This document shows, piece after piece, positions 1 through 10,382 of a DNA stretch of 64,000 nucleotides. This DNA comes from Candidatus Poribacteria bacterium (GTDB lineage Bacteria > Poribacteria > WGA-4E > WGA-3G), in assembly GCA_965215265.1 (NCBI GenBank), contig OZ244048.1, forward strand, positions 544,001 to 608,000. The letters run 5' to 3'. The position numbers were made by a program, and so were the translations under genes. Below the pieces are notes generated by a model. That model saw only the letters and a list, made by a program, of their open reading frames with translations. It made no database searches and had not been told where the DNA came from. Within the stretch, counting starts at the first letter, position 1, and each line of letters opens with the position of its first letter.

Positions 1-2225
1 TTGACCTGTTCTCGAGTCGCACCAGCGTTGAGATGTATCGAAATAACGCCGATGGCACGTTCATTGATGTAACGGAGCAAACCTTTCTGACTGCGAATAG
101 GATTAGCCAAGATGAATATGGGGCAACAGATGCACAATTTGCTGATTTTGATGACGATGGAGACATTGATATATTCATTATCCACAACGAAACTGGATGC
201 ACCTTGTGGGACAACCTCCGCCAAGGCAGACTCCGCGCCCTATCAGATGAAACCGGAATTCCACAGGAACCTCGCTATACTGCACTTGCCACCGCCGATT
301 ATGACAACGATAGAAATGTTGATCTTTTCTTAACCACGCAGTCCGGAAGCCACCTCTACCGCAATAGAGGTGATGGCAGTTTTGTACCTGATACACGCTC
401 ACAGATACTAAATAACATAAGTGGACGCGATGCACATTTTTTCGATTACGATAACGACGGCTTTCTCGATTTGTGGGTTCTCGCAGAAGACAAACTCTAC
501 TTATTTCGGAACGACGGCACTGGACAATTCACCGCGCCTTCCGATTTACTTGCTGGATACGCTGGAGGCGTAACTGGGACCGTCGGTGATGCCGATAATG
601 ATGGAGATATTGAGATTTTTTTTATCAATACCGGAGGACAACTGCGCTCCCTCCAAAACAGGGGCGGCAACCTAAATAATTGGATACAGGTGAAACTGGA
701 AGGTATCACTGCAGGAAACAATAAAATTAATAGAGATGCACTCGGCTCAAAACTAGAGGTTAAGGTCGGCGATCTGTATCAATTGCAGTACGTTTCACAA
801 CCTGTTTCGCACTTTGGAATCGGCACATTTGACAAAGCCGATGTCGTTCGTGTTGTCTGGACAAACGGCGTGCCGCAAAACGTTATCACACCCAAAGCGA
901 AGCAGCGGATTCTAGAGAAGCAGATACTCAAAGGGTCTTGCCCGTTTTTGTACGTTTACGACGGAGAACGATATCAATTTGCCACTGACTTACTCTGGCG
1001 TGCCCCGCTTGGACTAATTACCTCCATGGGGTTTGTTGCACCAGATGAGACAAAAGATTTCGTCAAAATCCCGGGGGCGCGTATACAACCTAAGTCAGGA
1101 AAATACACCCTGCAAATCACGGAGGAACTCTGGGAGACTGCCTATTTCGATATAGTCAAGTTGATAGCCGTTGACCATCCCGTAGGCACCGACATCTTCG
1201 TCAACGAACAGTACACGCCGCCACCGTTTGCAGAATTTACGGTTTACGGTGTCGCCGAGAAACGACACCCTAAAGCTGCCTTTACGCATCAAGGCGAGGA
1301 AGTTTCCGAGGCGTTGCGCACATTTGATTATCGCTATCCCGTTGAACACGCACCGGGCATCCATCAAGGCGTTGTGAAGCCACATGCCATCATTCTGGAC
1401 TTAGGAGATGTCCCAAATGACATGCCGCTCACACTTTTCCTAACAGGCTGGATTTTCCCAACGGATACCAGCATCAACGTCTCACTTTTCCAGAATCCAT
1501 CTATAAGTCCGCGTTTTCCGTCAATTGCGGTGAAGAATGAAGCAGGAGAATGGCAAACCGTGATCGATATGATAGGCTTGCCAGCTGGGAAAAACAAGAC
1601 GATAACCGTGGATCTGACTGGCAAATTTCTATCTAATGATAGGCACGTTCGGATTGAAACAGATCTGCAGATTTATTGGGATGCGGCGTTTTTTACACTT
1701 GGACAACAGAATGTCCCCATGCAAATCACGGAGCTTAATCCAGATAGTGCCAACCTCCATTACCGCGGGTTTTCTGAGATGTACCGCCCAACACCTCATG
1801 CTCCCCATCTCTTTGACTACGATAAAGTGACAACAGCCGCACAGTGGCGAGACCTTGAGGGCTATTATACCCGCTACGGAGATGTCACACCTTTATTGCA
1901 AGAGATTGACGATATGTACGTCATCCTCAACGCAGGAGATGAAATCACCGTTCAATTTGATGAAATGCACTTACCGCGACTAAAAACTGGATGGACGCGA
2001 GACTTTATTCTCTTCAGCGACGGGTGGGATAAAGATGGAGACATCAATACGCTCACATCGCAGACGGTTGAACCATTGCCGTTTCACGGAATGTCTGTCT
2101 ATCCGTATCCAGAGACCGAAAGGTACCCGGACGATGTCGAACATCGACGATATAGGCTTGAATACAATACGCGGCGTGTCATGCATCGGTTACCCTTGTT
2201 GCAGAAAATTCAAAAATCGGAGTAA
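1..2225 (+). CDS. CRTAC1/ASPIC-UnbV family FG-GAP (VCBS) repeat protein, 5'-truncated by the window
   Basis: Repeated D(F/Y)DxDGxxD motifs; HFG..RVVWTNG ASPIC/UnbV segment followed by GSCPFLY; frame is open upstream of the ATG at 33. Confidence 0.85.
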   Translation, partial: DLFSSRTSVEMYRNNADGTFIDVTEQTFLTANRISQDEYGATDAQFADFDDDGDIDIFIIHNETGCTLWDNLRQGRLRALSDETGIPQEPRYTALATADYDNDRNVDLFLTTQSGSHLYRNRGDGSFVPDTRSQILNNISGRDAHFFDYDNDGFLDLWVLAEDKLYLFRNDGTGQFTAPSDLLAGYAGGVTGTVGDADNDGDIEIFFINTGGQLRSLQNRGGNLNNWIQVKLEGITAGNNKINRDALGSKLEVKVGDLYQLQYVSQPVSHFGIGTFDKADVVRVVWTNGVPQNVITPKAKQRILEKQILKGSCPFLYVYDGERYQFATDLLWRAPLGLITSMGFVAPDETKDFVKIPGARIQPKSGKYTLQITEELWETAYFDIVKLIAVDHPVGTDIFVNEQYTPPPFAEFTVYGVAEKRHPKAAFTHQGEEVSEALRTFDYRYPVEHAPGIHQGVVKPHAIILDLGDVPNDMPLTLFLTGWIFPTDTSINVSLFQNPSISPRFPSIAVKNEAGEWQTVIDMIGLPAGKNKTITVDLTGKFLSNDRHVRIETDLQIYWDAAFFTLGQQNVPMQITELNPDSANLHYRGFSEMYRPTPHAPHLFDYDKVTTAAQWRDLEGYYTRYGDVTPLLQEIDDMYVILNAGDEITVQFDEMHLPRLKTGWTRDFILFSDGWDKDGDINTLTSQTVEPLPFHGMSVYPYPETERYPDDVEHRRYRLEYNTRRVMHRLPLLQKIQKSE

Positions 2226-2258
2226 TCCGTATTTGCAAGTTATAATCCGCATTCTCGC

Positions 2259-3431
2259 TTATTCTTGCAGTTCAATCTCCCCAATTTGACGCAACGGGAA
2301 ATATAGAACACAAGTAGCAATAACCAAGATACTAGCCAAAACTACGTACGGAGAAAATTCTTTTTCATAGAGCCAACCGCCGAGTAGTGGTCCCAGGATA
2401 CGTCCAAAACTTAAGAAGGCATCCATAATCCCGATTGCAGTGCCGTGTCCGATTCGAGTCTGCTTAGAAATCCACGACGTATTGGTAGGGCGAATGAGTT
2501 GGTTACCAATGCCTGTTATCGTTAGGTATACCGTAAGAGTCAAAAATGCACGCGCGCGCGGTAGCAGGAGCATCCCTAATGCGTTGAGCAACATCCCCGC
2601 GAGGATGAGCTTGCGTTCACCGAACCAATTAATCAGCCTACCGAGTAAGCCGCCTTGTAACGGTACAACCACTGCACCCATTATCATGAACATCCACCCC
2701 AACTCTCTCTGCCCGTAATCCCAACCCTTTTCAATAAAAAGCGGAAACGTCGCTTCCAGTCCAGCAAAACTGAAGGTTGTGAAGAAAGCAACGAGAAAGA
2801 GTGAATTAAAGGGAGATTTCAACGTTGTCCACCGGAGGATTTCTCGAGGTTCTACCCATTCGTGCACCGGTTCCTTACGGGTGTGCTGCTGGAGGGATTC
2901 CGGCAATAAAATTGACGCAAATAGAAAGGTAAGCAACGACAAACCACCCGCGACAAAGAACGGTAGATCATGCCGTCCCAACACACCCCCAATCGCTGGA
3001 CCGAGGATAAACCCGAGCCCTATCGCGGCTCCCATCAACCCCATGCCCTTGCCACGTTCTTCTTCTTTTGTCACATCGGCGACATAAGCCATCACAGTCG
3101 GCAGCACTGCCGCGGCAGCGATGCCGGCACCGCTGCGTGCAATAAAGAGCAAGAAGTAACTTTTAGCCAGACCGAAACCGGTGAGGGTAACCGCGTTACC
3201 TAGTAAGCCTATAAGAATCAGAGGTTTTCTACCGTATCGATCGGATAATCTACCCAACGCTGGGGCAAACAGCAATTGCATGCCTGAATAGACAGATAGC
3301 AGCACGGCAATTTCGGTCGGTGTCGCGCCAATGTCCTCAGCATAATAGGCAAGATTAGGAATGATGATGCCGAACCCGAGCATCACGAAAAATTGGGTTA
3401 AGAACAGCAGAAGGAGTCGCGGTTTTTCCAT
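2259..3431 (-). CDS. MFS transporter, TetA/DHA1-like
   Basis: About 12 hydrophobic segments; motif A GRLSDRYGRK; motif C GFILGPAIGG. Confidence 0.9.
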   Translation of the reverse strand: MEKPRLLLLFLTQFFVMLGFGIIIPNLAYYAEDIGATPTEIAVLLSVYSGMQLLFAPALGRLSDRYGRKPLILIGLLGNAVTLTGFGLAKSYFLLFIARSGAGIAAAAVLPTVMAYVADVTKEEERGKGMGLMGAAIGLGFILGPAIGGVLGRHDLPFFVAGGLSLLTFLFASILLPESLQQHTRKEPVHEWVEPREILRWTTLKSPFNSLFLVAFFTTFSFAGLEATFPLFIEKGWDYGQRELGWMFMIMGAVVVPLQGGLLGRLINWFGERKLILAGMLLNALGMLLLPRARAFLTLTVYLTITGIGNQLIRPTNTSWISKQTRIGHGTAIGIMDAFLSFGRILGPLLGGWLYEKEFSPYVVLASILVIATCVLYFPLRQIGEIELQE

Positions 3432-3476
3432 AGAAAGAAGATGTCGTCCCAGAACAGTTTTAGAGGATATCTATCT

Positions 3477-3505
3477 ATTATAGCAAGTTTGATGAGGGAT
3501 GTCAA
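3477..3505 (-). promoter_or_regulatory. sigma-70 promoter of the MFS gene
   Basis: TTGACA-17-TATAAT on the minus strand. Confidence 0.75.
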
Positions 3506-3686
3506 CGTTAAAATTGCCTCACTTACCCTCATTTTTTTTTGAGAGTCGTCTGTGTATGATATTGTTAGGTTTGTGTGTGAGAAAAGCAGTGCTATTATGT
3601 GAAGTCAGAATGGATCTCCTCTCTGGTGGCTCTGCGTGAAAAACGAAATAAGAAACGGTTGATTCCATAAATCCGTGAGAAAGGGC

Positions 3687-3715
3687 TTGACAATTCGGCA
3701 AAAATTTTCTATACT
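3687..3715 (+). promoter_or_regulatory. sigma-70 promoter, probably giving a leaderless transcript
   Basis: TTGACA-17-TATACT ending 7 nt before the ATG at 3722. Confidence 0.7.
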
Positions 3716-3721
3716 TGAGAT

Positions 3722-4050
3722 ATGCAAAGTCGCACCAGCGAGATACTCGTCTATACTACGCCAAGCGGACTTAGTCCTTATCGGCAGTGATACACGCGGA
3801 TTAAAGATGAAAAGGCAAAGATAAATATCTCTCATAGAATTGGACTTTACGAGCAGGTAACTTTGGCGATTTCAAGCAACTGAGCGCGGATTTATATGAA
3901 TGGAGAATCTACTACGTCCCTGGATACCGGGTTTATTTCTGCGTGTTTCGAACCACAGTTATTCTGCTTTGTGGCGGAACGAAACGCACACAACAGCAAG
4001 ACATTGCCAGAACACAAAACTATTGGAACGACTTCTTAGAACACAGGAAG
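3722..4050 (+). pseudogene. RelE/ParE-like addiction-module killer toxin (HI1419 type), inactivated
   Basis: Reads MQSRTSEILVYTTPSGLSPYRQ*YTRIKDEKAK.. then, after a frameshift, LRAGNFGDFK..YEWRIYYVPGYRVYF..ILLCGGTKRTQQQDIARTQNYWNDF; one premature TGA and one frameshift; end approximate. Confidence 0.75.
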
Positions 4051-4079
4051 GAACAAGGAGAAGGAATACCGAAACCAGG

Positions 4080-4230
4080 CTTCAGAAGTGCACAGTGCCT
4101 TTCAATCCCACTCTTCTTAAAGAGCTTGCTGAACTGGGGTTTGCAAAAGGTTATCAGAATCTTGCTTATCTTCTTCGTGTCAAACATCTATTGCAATTGG
4201 ATAAAACGTTAGATATTCTCTCAGGGTTAA
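4080..4230 (+). pseudogene. Probable antitoxin remnant
   Basis: Directly follows the toxin remnant; TVPFNPTLLKELAELGFAKGY loosely resembles HI1420-type antitoxin N-termini; boundaries approximate. Confidence 0.35.
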
Positions 4231-4308
4231 AGGAGTGCCGCCGCACACATCCGGCTGAGGAAATGCGTTCTGTGGCACATGAAAAATCTGGACATTCGGA
4301 GGAACACG

Positions 4309-6121
4309 ATGAAAATCAGCCCTGTTAAAGGGAGAGCGATGCTTCATTGGGTGGGCAAACGTCCCCTCGAGACGGTGAGCAACTATCCCGCCCAATTGGT
4401 GGAAACTTGTAACGTTGAAAACCCAGAGAAAGAGCCGCTATATGATAGATTTTTGGAGGGGCCGAACCTTCTCTTTCACGGGGATAACAAGGAAATTCTC
4501 TCCACCTTACTTGTCAACGGCTTCCGTGGCAAGGTAGATCTCATCTACATTGACCCACCATTTGCTAGTGGTGCGGACTATGTCCGAAAGGTGAAACTCC
4601 GCGGCATTAGAGGGACTATCCTGAGTGAAGGTGCTGGGAACCCAGGTGGGAGTAGGGGGGGGTAAACCGGCTTCTTTAACAGGCGAAGGCCCCTCCATTA
4701 TTGAACAGACACAATACACCGACATCTGGGCAAACGATAACTATCTCCAGTTCATGTTTGAGCGGCTTATCTTGATGCGCGAACTGCTGTCGATTGCGGG
4801 TTCTATCTACCTACACTGTGACCCAACGATGAGTCATTATCTGAAACTGATTATGGATGAAATTTTCGGCAAAGATTCATTTCGAAATGAAATCATTTGG
4901 ACTTATAATCGCTTTTCCCGAAAATCAGATAAGCAGTTCGCACGCATGAATGACATCATCCTTTTTTACTCAAAATCGGATGAAAACTTTTTTCATGTTC
5001 AGCATACCCAAAGCAGAGATTCGAGAAGGTATGAGAAAGGTTGGCATACTGTTACCGATAGTGGCGTGACAAAACTACTAGTCTATGACATGGAAAAAGT
5101 TAAACGGGCGGGTATCGATTTAAGTCAATATGATAAGGTGGTTGAAACAGAAGCACGGAAATCTGCTATGGGACAAGTCTGGAGTGACATTTCAATTCTT
5201 AATCCACAGTCAAATGAACGTGTGGATTATCCGACTCAAAAACCTGGAGTCCTAATAGAACGTATCATCAAAGCGTCAAGCAACGAAGACTCCATCGTGC
5301 TTGATTGCTTCGTGGGCAGTGGCACCACCGCAGTCGCCGCTGAAAAACTCCGCAGACGCTGGATTGCCGCAGATCTGAACAGAGGGGCCATACAGACGAC
5401 AATGAAACGCATCCAGACAACTATTGCCGAACACCGCGGAATCGCTCACTATCGCATCAATAACTATCACTTTAGCGAACAACAGGAACTTCGCAGGCTC
5501 CTCATCGAAAAGTATGGTGTCGAAACCGACAAGAAGGACCGCTTCTTTGACGGCACCGTAGAGGGGACGCTTGTCAAAATCGTTGAGCTGACGAAACCGC
5601 TCACCCGATTAGATATTCAGCTTATCAAAGACGAACTGCAGCACCGCCCTGATGAGACGCGCTCGGTGACGGTGCTCTGCAACGGTAGCGAGCTGGGAAT
5701 ACAAGCCGAACTTGACGCAGAAAACAAGCATCACCCGATTAATCAACTCATCGTGCGGGACATCCAACGCGACGGTGTCACCACCTTCGCCCCTGCCGAA
5801 GCAGAAGTTGCCTTCAAAAGAGACGGGCAGCACGTCACCATCACCCTCGTAGATTATATCAGTCCGAGCCTCTTAGGGCGTTTGGAGATAGCCCGCACCC
5901 TCTTTGACGAACAAGTTGATGATTTCCGTGCGCAGATTGATTGCGTGCTCATGGATACGGACTACAACGGCACGCATTTCAGAATCGTTGAGAGTGATGT
6001 GCCGGAGAAGCAGAGCGATTTTATCAAGGGCCAATACACGGTAGTGCTGCCGCGCCGTGATGCCCGCGTTGCCATCAAGATTATTGATATGCTGGGTGAG
6101 GAAACCGTGGTAACAGAATAA
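4309..6121 (+). CDS. Type III Mod-like N6-adenine DNA methyltransferase, frameshifted at a G8 tract (4655-4662)
   Basis: DPPF catalytic motif in ORF 4279-4665; YPTQKP and DCFVGSGTT in ORF 4625-6121; loss of one G fuses them into about 603 aa; GGAGG RBS before ATG 4309. Confidence 0.85.
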
Positions 6122-6148
6122 ACAGTTCTGGGGCTATAAACGTCCTAC

Positions 6149-6309
6149 TTTTCGTATCTCTCCGTACCGTCAACGCTTATGTCATGAATACTCGTGTGTA
6201 AATCTCGTCGGAGGGTTCCGATGTTTAGATTCAAAACAGAGAGACTCCGACGAGATTTGAAAAAGAATTATCACACCATCCGGCGTTAACGTGCTGCAGT
6301 ATACAAAAA
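6149..6309. mobile_element. Family B MITE nested in the family E cassette
   Basis: TIR-like ends TTTTCGTATCTCTCCGTAC / GTGCTGCAGTATACAAAAA; internal inverted repeat AAATCTCGTCGGAG..CTCCGACGAGATTT shared with other B copies. Confidence 0.7.
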
Positions 6310-6501
6310 CCAGTCTTTATATCTCGGCATCCGTGTTCAATCTGCATGCATCTGAGGTATTTTATCATAAACCGACTGCTTTTCTCACGCTTTTCCAAAC
6401 AAAAACCTTTCACCACAAACCTTCAAAAAAAGAGGGGTAAGTGACTAAAATTGCATGCAATGCTGCCGGGGCATGCCGATGAAATCCTTCTGAAATTTTT
6501 A

Positions 6502-6531
6502 TGGACATTTATACACGATTTCTGCTATAAT
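6502..6531 (+). promoter_or_regulatory. Probable sigma-70 promoter of dnaE
   Basis: TGGACA-18-TATAAT with extended -10 TG. Confidence 0.55.
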
Positions 6532-6604
6532 AGCAATTATCAAATTCACTTTCACCCGTCTTCATAAACTCAAGCAATTATAACCGAATTAAAGTGGTGT
6601 CCTC

Positions 6605-9600
6605 ATGTCTTCAGAATTTGTTCATTTACATAATCATAGCGAATATAGTATGCTGGATGGTGCCTGCCGGATTGCAGACATGGTGCAGTGGGCGGTCGAA
6701 AACAGCGCGCCCGCTGTTGCTTTGACTGACCACGGGAATATGTTCGGGGCATTGGAACTGTACACCAAGGCGAAAGAAGCCGGTGTCAACCCTATTGTTG
6801 GATGCGAGGTGTATGTTGCACCCGGCAACAGAAAAACTCGAGGCAAAGCACAAGGGGGACCGTACCATCTCACGCTTCTTGCGGAGGATGCTAGCGGCTA
6901 TCGCAACCTCCTTGAATTGGTATCGCTCGGTTATACCGAAGGATTCTACGGTAAACCGCGCATTGACATGGAAATCCTCCGCGAATACCACGGCGGAATT
7001 ATTGCACTCACCGGATGTATCCAAGGACAAGTCCCCCAACTCCTCTGCTCAAACAGAAAAGACGAGGGTATACGGAATTTCTTGGAATTACTTTCTATTA
7101 TGGGAGACCGGAACCTCTATGTTGAGGTTCAAAATCACTATATTGATAAAGAGATAGAGGCATACCCGGTCATGATGCAGTTGGCTAAGGAATATAACCT
7201 GCCGCTCGTCGGGACTAACGATTGCCACTATCTCCGAAAAACCGACCATCGCATGCACGATGTCCTTTTATGCATCCAGACGAAGAAAACAGTCAATGAC
7301 TCGCAGCGGCTGCGTTTCGACAACCATTTCTATTTTAAGAGTGTTGATGAGATGCGAGAAGTGCTTAAAGATTACCCGCCGGAAGCTATCAGCAATACCG
7401 TTGAAATTGCCAATCGCTGTAATCTTGTGCTTGATTACGGCGAAAGTGTGATGCCCAAATATGAGGTACCCGAAGGGCATACCAACCACAGTTATCTGAA
7501 GGAATTATGCTACGAAGGATTGCAGCGAAAATATGGGAGTGAACTCTCGGAACCGATTCGTGCACGGCTAGAACATGAACTGAATATCATCGAACAAACC
7601 GGCTACTCTGGTTACTTCTTGATTGTGTGGGACTACGTGAAATACGCGCATCGACAAGGGTATCCCCTCACCGCGCGCGGCTCTGCAGCAGGTTGTTTAG
7701 TGTTGTACGCACTTGACGTAATCACCTTCAACCCGATGGATTATGACTGCCTGTTTGAAAGATTCCTAAACCTTGAACGGGTCAGCCCGCCGGACATTGA
7801 TATTGACTTTGCCGACCGTGCACGCGGATATGTTATTGATTATTTGGTGAAAAAGTACGGCGAGGCATCTGTCGGAAAAGTTGCTACTTTTAGTACCTTA
7901 AGTGCAAAAGCGGCGATTGGTGATGTTGGGCGTGCGTTGGAAATGCCGAGGGAAGCTGTGAAAAAGTTGACAAGTCTGATTCCGAGCATTGTAGGGATTA
8001 CTCTTGATGATGTGTCGGAACAGGTGCCGGAGTTTCAAGCACTCGCCCAACGCCCTGAAAATGAAGAATTGATGACACTCAGCAAGGCCGTGGAAGGGAT
8101 GAAACGGCATGTTTCATGTCATGCGTCTGCTATTGTGGTTTCAAATGGACCCCTCGCAGATTATGTGCCACTCTTCAAGGATAAACATGGGCAAGTTGCA
8201 TCGCAGTTTGAACACAAAACCGTTGAAGATGTTGGCATCGTCAAATTTGATTTCCTTGGGGTGCGGAGCCTGACGGAGACATACGACTGTCTTAAGCTGA
8301 TTCGGGAGAATCATGGCAAGGAAATTAAGCTGGAAGAGATTCCGTTTGATGATAAAGCCACGTATTCGCTGATCGGCAAGGGGCTTATTGCTGGCTTATT
8401 TCAATTGGAAACTTCTTCTGGTATGTATAGAGTCGTCACCCAATTGAAACCGGATAATTTTGAAGAGTTTTCAGCGATTCCGGCACTCTTCCGTCCGGGT
8501 CCGCTTGAAAGCGGCACGATGCAGCAGTTCATAGATCGGAAAAACGGGCTTCAAAAGGCTGAGCCTATACATCCTTTGCTTTTTGATGCCCTCAAAAATA
8601 CGTACGGTGTTTGCGTCTATCAGGAACAGGTGATGCAAATTGCTCGTGATATGGCTGGATTCTCTCTGGGTGAGGCTGACATTCTCCGTTCCGCGATGGG
8701 GAAAAAGGATGAGACTTTGCTTGCTGCACAGCGCGATAAATTCGTTCAAGGTGCTACTCAAAAAGGCACGGCAAAGAGCGAGGCTGAAAAAATCTTCGAC
8801 CTGCTTGAGCCTTTTGCGGGCTATGCGTTCAACAAGTCGCATACTGTTGCCTATGCAATGTTAGCTTACCGAATGGCATATCTGAAAGTGCACTATCCGC
8901 ATGAATTCATGGCGGCTTTGATGACTGGTGAAGCCGGGGCATCGTCAAAAATTACGCGCTACCGCAACGAATGCGGCAAACTTGCTGACTTCTTGGACAT
9001 AGAAATCAACGTCCTTCCACCTGATGTTAATAGCAGTGATAAGGAATTTACCGTAAACGGGAACGATATCTGTTTTGGGTTAGTGGCTGTGAAAAGTGTG
9101 GGAGATGCAGCGATCGACGCGATTGTTAAAGAGAGGAAACAGAGCGGCTCATTTACATCACTACAAGATTTCTGTGAACGTGTGGATACGAAAGTAGTGA
9201 ATAAGCGCGCGATTGAGAGCCTCATTATGAGTGGGGCGTTTGATTCGCTTGATGGACACCGTGCACAACTCTGTGAGAATTTAGAGCGCGTCCTGAAAGC
9301 ATCACAAAGCACACAGGCTGAGCGCGCCCGTGGACAGATGAATTTGTTCGGCGACGTTGAGGAGCTCTCACCGAAGATGACTTTCGCAGACACGCAGGAA
9401 TGGGACATGTCTGAACGACTCAAGCATGAGAAAGAGCAACTCGGTTTCTACGTCTCCGGCCACCCTATTGAGGAATACGATGACATTATTGAGCACTTCA
9501 CTACAGTGAGTACACAAACCCTTTTTGAACCCACCTTGGGGACTGAGGTTTGCATGGCCGGTATGATTACAGAAGTGAAAGTTCATGTTACGAAAAAAGG

Positions 9601-10135
9601 CGATACCATGGCAATCGTAGGACTTGAGGATTTGGAAGGTAGCGTTGAAGTCGTAGTTTTTCCTGATGCCTATAAACGGTCAGCAGAAATGTTAACGGAG
9701 AGCAAAGTAGTATGGCTGCGTGGAACTGTCAACCAAGACAACCGAGATAACCGAAACAGCCGCAGCAGCGACGAGACCCAACAGGAAGTCCGTAAAATCC
9801 ATGCAGATTTGGTTACAGATATTAACGCTGTTATCGAAGATCAGACTTCCGCCATTGAAGTGACAATTCCTGAAAGGGATGTCGACAACGTCCCAAAATT
9901 GGAAGCACTTCAGAACATCGCACGTAACAACAAAGGCGATAACGACCTCATTCTTCACCTCATCAGTTCCCGCTATGGGGAAGTTGTCGCACAGTGTAGC
10001 TCTGACTATAGCATCGATTATGCACCACAGGTCATTAAACAGATTGAAGACTTATTCGGGCAAGATTGCATCAAACCGAGCAACCGGACTATTCGCCATC
10101 ATAAAGGGCGCGCATCACAAATGGATTACGTCTAG
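6605..10135 (+). CDS. dnaE: DNA polymerase III alpha subunit
   Basis: PHP motif HLHNHSEYSMLDG; PPDIDIDF; YAFNKSH; C-terminal OB fold. Confidence 0.98.
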   Translation: MSSEFVHLHNHSEYSMLDGACRIADMVQWAVENSAPAVALTDHGNMFGALELYTKAKEAGVNPIVGCEVYVAPGNRKTRGKAQGGPYHLTLLAEDASGYRNLLELVSLGYTEGFYGKPRIDMEILREYHGGIIALTGCIQGQVPQLLCSNRKDEGIRNFLELLSIMGDRNLYVEVQNHYIDKEIEAYPVMMQLAKEYNLPLVGTNDCHYLRKTDHRMHDVLLCIQTKKTVNDSQRLRFDNHFYFKSVDEMREVLKDYPPEAISNTVEIANRCNLVLDYGESVMPKYEVPEGHTNHSYLKELCYEGLQRKYGSELSEPIRARLEHELNIIEQTGYSGYFLIVWDYVKYAHRQGYPLTARGSAAGCLVLYALDVITFNPMDYDCLFERFLNLERVSPPDIDIDFADRARGYVIDYLVKKYGEASVGKVATFSTLSAKAAIGDVGRALEMPREAVKKLTSLIPSIVGITLDDVSEQVPEFQALAQRPENEELMTLSKAVEGMKRHVSCHASAIVVSNGPLADYVPLFKDKHGQVASQFEHKTVEDVGIVKFDFLGVRSLTETYDCLKLIRENHGKEIKLEEIPFDDKATYSLIGKGLIAGLFQLETSSGMYRVVTQLKPDNFEEFSAIPALFRPGPLESGTMQQFIDRKNGLQKAEPIHPLLFDALKNTYGVCVYQEQVMQIARDMAGFSLGEADILRSAMGKKDETLLAAQRDKFVQGATQKGTAKSEAEKIFDLLEPFAGYAFNKSHTVAYAMLAYRMAYLKVHYPHEFMAALMTGEAGASSKITRYRNECGKLADFLDIEINVLPPDVNSSDKEFTVNGNDICFGLVAVKSVGDAAIDAIVKERKQSGSFTSLQDFCERVDTKVVNKRAIESLIMSGAFDSLDGHRAQLCENLERVLKASQSTQAERARGQMNLFGDVEELSPKMTFADTQEWDMSERLKHEKEQLGFYVSGHPIEEYDDIIEHFTTVSTQTLFEPTLGTEVCMAGMITEVKVHVTKKGDTMAIVGLEDLEGSVEVVVFPDAYKRSAEMLTESKVVWLRGTVNQDNRDNRNSRSSDETQQEVRKIHADLVTDINAVIEDQTSAIEVTIPERDVDNVPKLEALQNIARNNKGDNDLILHLISSRYGEVVAQCSSDYSIDYAPQVIKQIEDLFGQDCIKPSNRTIRHHKGRASQMDYV

Positions 10136-10194
10136 GAAAGTCTGTGGCATTCGTTCCGCACGCTACGGAGCCATCATAGAATGTCAGCTATAGA

Positions 10195-10373
10195 TTGGCA
10201 AGATAAGGTTATCTTTGTCTCTCCTTGTAGGAGAGACAAGTGGCGAGATAGGTATTCTTTCTCTGTCCTTCAGGACAGAGAAGAAAGGGAATTCCTCCCC
10301 GCTTGCGGGGAGAACTTCCCTTCCCTTTTACTCGCCACCCACTGGGAATACCGAACTTGCCAACCCACTAGGG
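10195..10373 (+). repeat. Triple-nested palindromic repeat stack (A within A, C innermost)
   Basis: Outer TTGGCAAG..CTTGCCAA-CCCACTAGGG; inner GTGGCGAG..CTCGCCAC-CCACTGGG (10240-10346); innermost GGAATTCCTCCCCGCTTGCGGGGAGAACTTCC. Confidence 0.8.
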
Positions 10374-10382
10374 AGTTTTTTT

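Larger units (their letters stand above)
3518..6445. mobile_element. Non-autonomous cargo cassette bounded by family E MITE ends, with 9-bp target-site duplication
   Basis: Left end (C)TCACTTACCCTCATTTTTTTTTGA and right end TCAAAAAAAGAGGGGTAAGTGAC; TAAAATTGC on both sides (3509-3517 and 6446-6454); the two ends match the two halves of the MITE at 41444-41774. Confidence 0.8.

Noticed and set aside
3900-4328. 142-aa ORF as a real gene
   Set aside because: Mostly an alternative frame over the toxin pseudogene and antitoxin remnant.
6605-10135. Intein in dnaE
   Set aside because: Normal length and no intein splice motifs.
10215-10382. N-terminal extension of the aldo/keto reductase in the ORF track
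   Set aside because: Consists entirely of nested repeats; the family-typical start MQYRTLG at 10383 has its own RBS.
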